In this document: positions 59,832-64,000 of the stretch, piece after piece
Layout: each line of letters starts with the position of its first letter
Numbering within the stretch: position 1 is the first letter of the stretch
From: Zygnema circumcarinatum SAG 698-1b
Lineage: Eukaryota > Plantae > Zygnematophyceae
Reading direction: 5' to 3'
Assembly (NCBI GenBank): GCA_037447605.1
Contig: CM074819.1
Span: 1,200,297 to 1,264,296, forward strand
DNA length: 64,000 nucleotides
Notes under the pieces: model-generated
What the model was told of the DNA's origin: nothing
Database searches by the model: none
What the model saw: the letters and a program-made list of their open reading frames with translations, nothing else
Translations under genes and position numbers: made by a program

Positions 59832-61158
59832 TGTAGCGAACGCTACAGTCACTCACGGAGGTGTACTTTGTGGCGCTACCCTAGTACTTCACTCGGCGCT
59901 GGCCGAAAGGGCTGGGCATGCTGGGACCACTCAAATCGAAGGGTCTCTGGATCAACCTGGCGGTACGTAGCGGTTTGATGCGGCGCGTATAACAGACATA
60001 TATCGACAAGGTCAGCCGATGTGGTCGGTGGATCATGGAACTCACTCATTACCTTCTTACGCTTTGGAACGTGAACTGCCGCCCGCATAATTACGGGTTT
60101 CCGCGCAGGCCAGATGACCGGTTGCCGACTCAAGGCCGCTGCTGTAGGGATCCGCATCGCGTAATCGGACAAGATGTGGGCGCTGCCGCTGTCATGCTGC
60201 CGCCGAATGCGGCGCAGCATTCAGACAGCACACCTCTCACCCATTCGAAGTCAGAGGACACGCGGCAACCGCCATTGGACCGCCCAATCCTCCATATGCC
60301 GGGTAGAGGTTCAACGGGGAAGTTTAAAGGGGCTTTGTGGTGATCGTTAAACACCCAACCAACGCATATCGCATTCGGGTTGCACCCTCTGTGGTCACAC
60401 CCTCGAAGTTCTCTTGCTCTCCCGAACTCGAAGGCCAAAAAGGACCTCGCTGTGAGGCCTAAGGAGTCGATCTTAGCCGCTACATTGGTATCGAGTCTGC
60501 GTTTCTTTGGACGTGAGAACCCGGTCATGGTGACTCACACCGGGCCGAGGGGACCCCGGCCCTCGGCCGCCACCTCCACCACCTTCCCCGACGGTGATGG
60601 AACTCGGTATCGCGCCACCCCATGGAGGGGCCTGGGCCCGGCTTCCACGGATGACCAAGGTCATCCGTGACGCCGCCTCCTCTCCGCTTCCCCTTTAACC
60701 GGAGCCGCCGGGTTCGCGTAATCCGCCCATCCTATGATCGGGCCTACATCACGGTGGGCGCGCCCCTAAGATGAAGAAGAGGATCGGTTTTAACCGAGCG
60801 ATGGGCAGGTTAGCCGCTGCCGCCACCATGGGCGGCCGCATTTGCGTGTGGATCTACATGGAGCTCTCACGGTCCGCCGCTTGCGGACACGCTTCCAAAT
60901 GGAGTTCGGCCTTTCGACAAAGTTCGGCGATCGGTGGAAGGAAAGTGCCCCTAACCCCCCTACGCCAGAGGCAAAGATGCAAAGCAGTCCCGAAGGGCGC
61001 AGCCCATTCGTATGCCGCCGCCGCGACGTGCCTTCAACCGCTGCCGGAAGAGCTCTGCTAGAAGTCCGACCCCCTCGGGTTTTTCCATCGGGAAGTCACC
61101 CCACGGGTGGCGTAACCACCCAAATAGCGGGGGACTCTCGGGCCGGGCACCGCCGGGG
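59832..61158 (+). mobile_element. Nested LTR retrotransposon: 5' LTR, PBS and start of interior
   Basis: The LTR spans 59832-60484 with perfect inverted termini TGTAGCG...CGCTACA. It is followed at 60486 by TGGTATCGAG (iMet PBS-like), and it interrupts the host LTR. Confidence 0.7.
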
Positions 61159-61258
61159 NNNNNNNNNNNNNNNNNNNNNNNNNNNNNNNNNNNNNNNNNN
61201 NNNNNNNNNNNNNNNNNNNNNNNNNNNNNNNNNNNNNNNNNNNNNNNNNNNNNNNNNN

Positions 61259-64000
61259 GCCCATCTTAGGTCTCTCTGTGGTACTTCTTCCTCAGTCTGA
61301 ATCCGTCCTTGGATTCCGTCGCTGATTCTTCTTGAGGTCCCAAGTCTTCATCCCGAATACTCATGAAGTGCTTGTCCCTCTTGTTGCGACTCTTCATCCA
61401 TGGCCGGTTGTGACACGAAGATCCGCAAGGATCGGCTGACCTCCGCGTATCAAAGATGCATTAATACGCAAAACCTTCAGCTCGATACCAAGATAAGTGG
61501 GGGTTAAATTTCTTTGAGAGCTGGATTCGCGAGGAGTGTTTGTCGCGACCCACTTTCAGCGGCGTCCGTCTTGATGAAGGGTTGTGTTGGTCACATGGGT
61601 GCACTGCGTATAGAGCGGTCGGGAGATTCAAGGAATGCAGCGTGAAGGCGTAGGGATCACGAAGATGTTCCCGTTTGGACCCTAGCAGAGCCCTTCAGCA
61701 GGGGCTCTCCTCCCTGTCCTCTCTCATTTAGTCTCTTTGTAGCCAGCCCTTCTGATCCTGCAAGGAGGTGTACTTAGAGGCGCTCCGTCCCTGGTACTCA
61801 CCCAGGCAGTGGCCAAGGCGTCGGGGACCACTGGGGCCGGGAAGGGTCTGGATCCCGAACCTTTGCGAAGGTTACAAGGGTTTGATGTGGTATCTTGAAG
61901 GACATATGCATTATCGTAGATGGCCAATTAGGGATGTGGAATCCCGACCACATCTTCCCTTCCCATTTTTGAGCGTAACCGTCGTCCGTACAATTACCCG
62001 AGGGTTTCGCGTTGATGCGGACGGTACATCGTCCGGACCCAGCGTAGCGTAGGATCGACCCGTGCACCGGCGTCTGTGGCGTCGCGTCATGGCCAGCGCG
62101 CTGATCGCGGCGAGCCGTCACGTTATGCGCCTCGACCATTCGAGTGAGAGAAGACGTGGCGATGCGCCATTGGGCGACCACGCTTCGATCACTCCATCTT
62201 GGTAGGAGGTTCAGCGGGGAAGCGTAAAGGCGTGGCGTAGATCACCCAACCAGCATACCGGCATTAGAGTTGCACCGCCCGGAACTGCGCCCGCTCGGAA
62301 GTTCTCTCTCTCTCTCTTGCTCTCTCTCGTGAACTTCACGAGTCTTTGGTGTGTGATTCGCGTGAGGAAAGTCGAGATCTTAAGCCGTTATTGTAGCCGA
62401 GCGTTGCGGCCTTCTCTTTGACAGAGAACACCGCGGTCATGGTGACCTACCGCAGGGCGGAGGGTAGGGCCCTCGGGGAGCAGCCGCCACCTCCCACCAC
62501 ACCGGGGCGGGTGATGGAGGAGAACTTCGAGAGCTACTTGACCCGCTCCCATGGAGGGCGATCCAGAGCCTGACCAAAGGTCATCCGATTTGTACCCTCA
62601 CCCGCCCCACGGGCAGCTCCGGCGAGAGTATCCACCGATCCCATGATGGGGGCCCACATCCGCGGTAGGCGTCACACGAAGATGAAGGGTCGGCGAGCTG
62701 GGCCGGATGTAAAAGGCGGCGGCCAGCGTCGCCACCATAACAGCCACGAGGGCGGTGGGCGACATGGAATACGTCGCCCGCTTGAGGTGAACCGCTCCAA
62801 GCTGGAGGTTCGAGACGCTTCCGGACGGACTCAGAAGATCGAGGAAGGTATGCCCGAACCCCCATCTTTGTAAGCTGATAGATCACAGTCAGGGGAAGGG
62901 GTTAGGCAAACTCCCACTCGATTGGCGTGGATACATCGCGGCAGCCCCAACGAGCTGCTTAGGAGCGGCCCGGCCAGTCAGGACCCCCACTGGTTTTTCC
63001 GGGGAGTCACCTGAGGGGGTGGCGGAACCGGCGGTGGGGGACCCCGTGGGCAGCTGGCGAGGCGGGAGGAGATCAGGTCCTGGACTGCTCCCGCAACCTC
63101 TTTGAGGATGCCCGGCCGGGCCGGGTGGCCCCTACGTCGCTTTTGGGGCGGAGCACACATCCCCAGCTGCAGTTTTGCTCGATTGGCGTGGTTGGAATCA
63201 AGCGAAGATTTACCTTCTTGCGACCAACTGTCCCCCCCTCGATAAGTGAAAACGCACACCCAACTCGAGCCGCGCTCACAGGTGTGTATGAGGGCCTCTC
63301 ATTAATTGGGGGCCGATTGGATAGGATTCGAGAGATGAACTTATCAAACACTTTAGAGACTGGATCCCGGCTTGGAGGCGGGATAAGTTTGAACATGGTC
63401 CAAACCGGCGTCCAAAGCGGTTGCGAGACTGGGTGGTGACGCCTCGAGATCACCACTCACAGAAGCCGGGCGGTGAGTTCTTTCCCGCCGGGGAATGGCT
63501 TGAAGCCACACGAGCTTGTTGGAGCAACAGCGGACTCACGAAACCGTGGGACCCGGCTGACTTCGAGGCGTACTTTGATGCGGCCATTGATTGGACACCG
63601 CCCACTGCGGCGTCGCGAGCCCTTCCCGACAGCCGGAGGTGAGGCGTGAGGTCGTGGAAGGCCGGGACCGGCTCTACCAAGCTGGCCGAGGAAGAACAAG
63701 CGAGAGCGGCCCGGAAGTGGTTGCCCGCCCACCCGCGGCGAGTTGACTCGAGAGGAAATGGAAGATCACGGCGGGGAGAACAAAAGTGTTCGGCTAAGGG
63801 AGGGAGCACAAGGCTCGGGGATTGCCCTACGAGACACCAAGGACAAGAAGGGCAAAGGGCGGGAAAACCCCAACCACCGGCGGAAGCAGGGTGGATTGGT
63901 GGACATCTTAAATTTGGGGGGAGGGAATGGGGCTGCCATCAAGGATAGAAGACTATTGTTTCTTGGAACCTTGGACATTCTTAACTTGGTGGGCCAGGCC
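61259..64000 (+). mobile_element. Second, error-rich copy of the host-LTR/nested-LTR junction, continuing into degraded gag
   Basis: 61300-63130 aligns colinearly with 59390-61158 with many indels. A frameshifted zinc knuckle remnant (tgttcggc...gagcacaaggctcggggattgccct, C-x2-C-x4-H-x4-C-like) lies at ~63786-63830. Confidence 0.6.

Overview
This is eukaryotic, intron-rich (GT-AG) nuclear DNA, most consistent with a non-seed streptophyte such as a charophyte alga. The taxon is inferred from plant-type genes alongside cyanobacteria-derived and opisthokont-like genes. I could reconstruct 12 spliced protein-coding genes by hand: a MEF2-type MADS-box factor with no evident K domain, RPL28, a half-size ABCG transporter, TRAP-beta, a FAM172/ARB2A-like protein, a plastid-targeted DUF1818-like protein, a Yip1-family protein, molybdopterin synthase large subunit, a PLM-like sphingolipid PAP2 enzyme, a small conserved membrane protein, a TBC RabGAP and a patatin-like lipase. 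Introns carry very long (CT)n/(AG)n tracts, minisatellites and telomere-like motifs. There are several MITE or Harbinger-like elements. The last ~6.3 kb is a degraded, nested LTR-retrotransposon cluster, partly duplicated across a 100-N gap. There are four assembly gaps (21730-21739, 50168-50177, 58024-58033, 61159-61258). I see no CRISPR, rRNA or tRNA. The most notable items are the animal/fungal-style MEF2 gene, the DUF1818 and FAM172 genes, and a TAA-flanked TIR element with internal telomeric repeats. All family assignments come from recalled motifs, not database searches.
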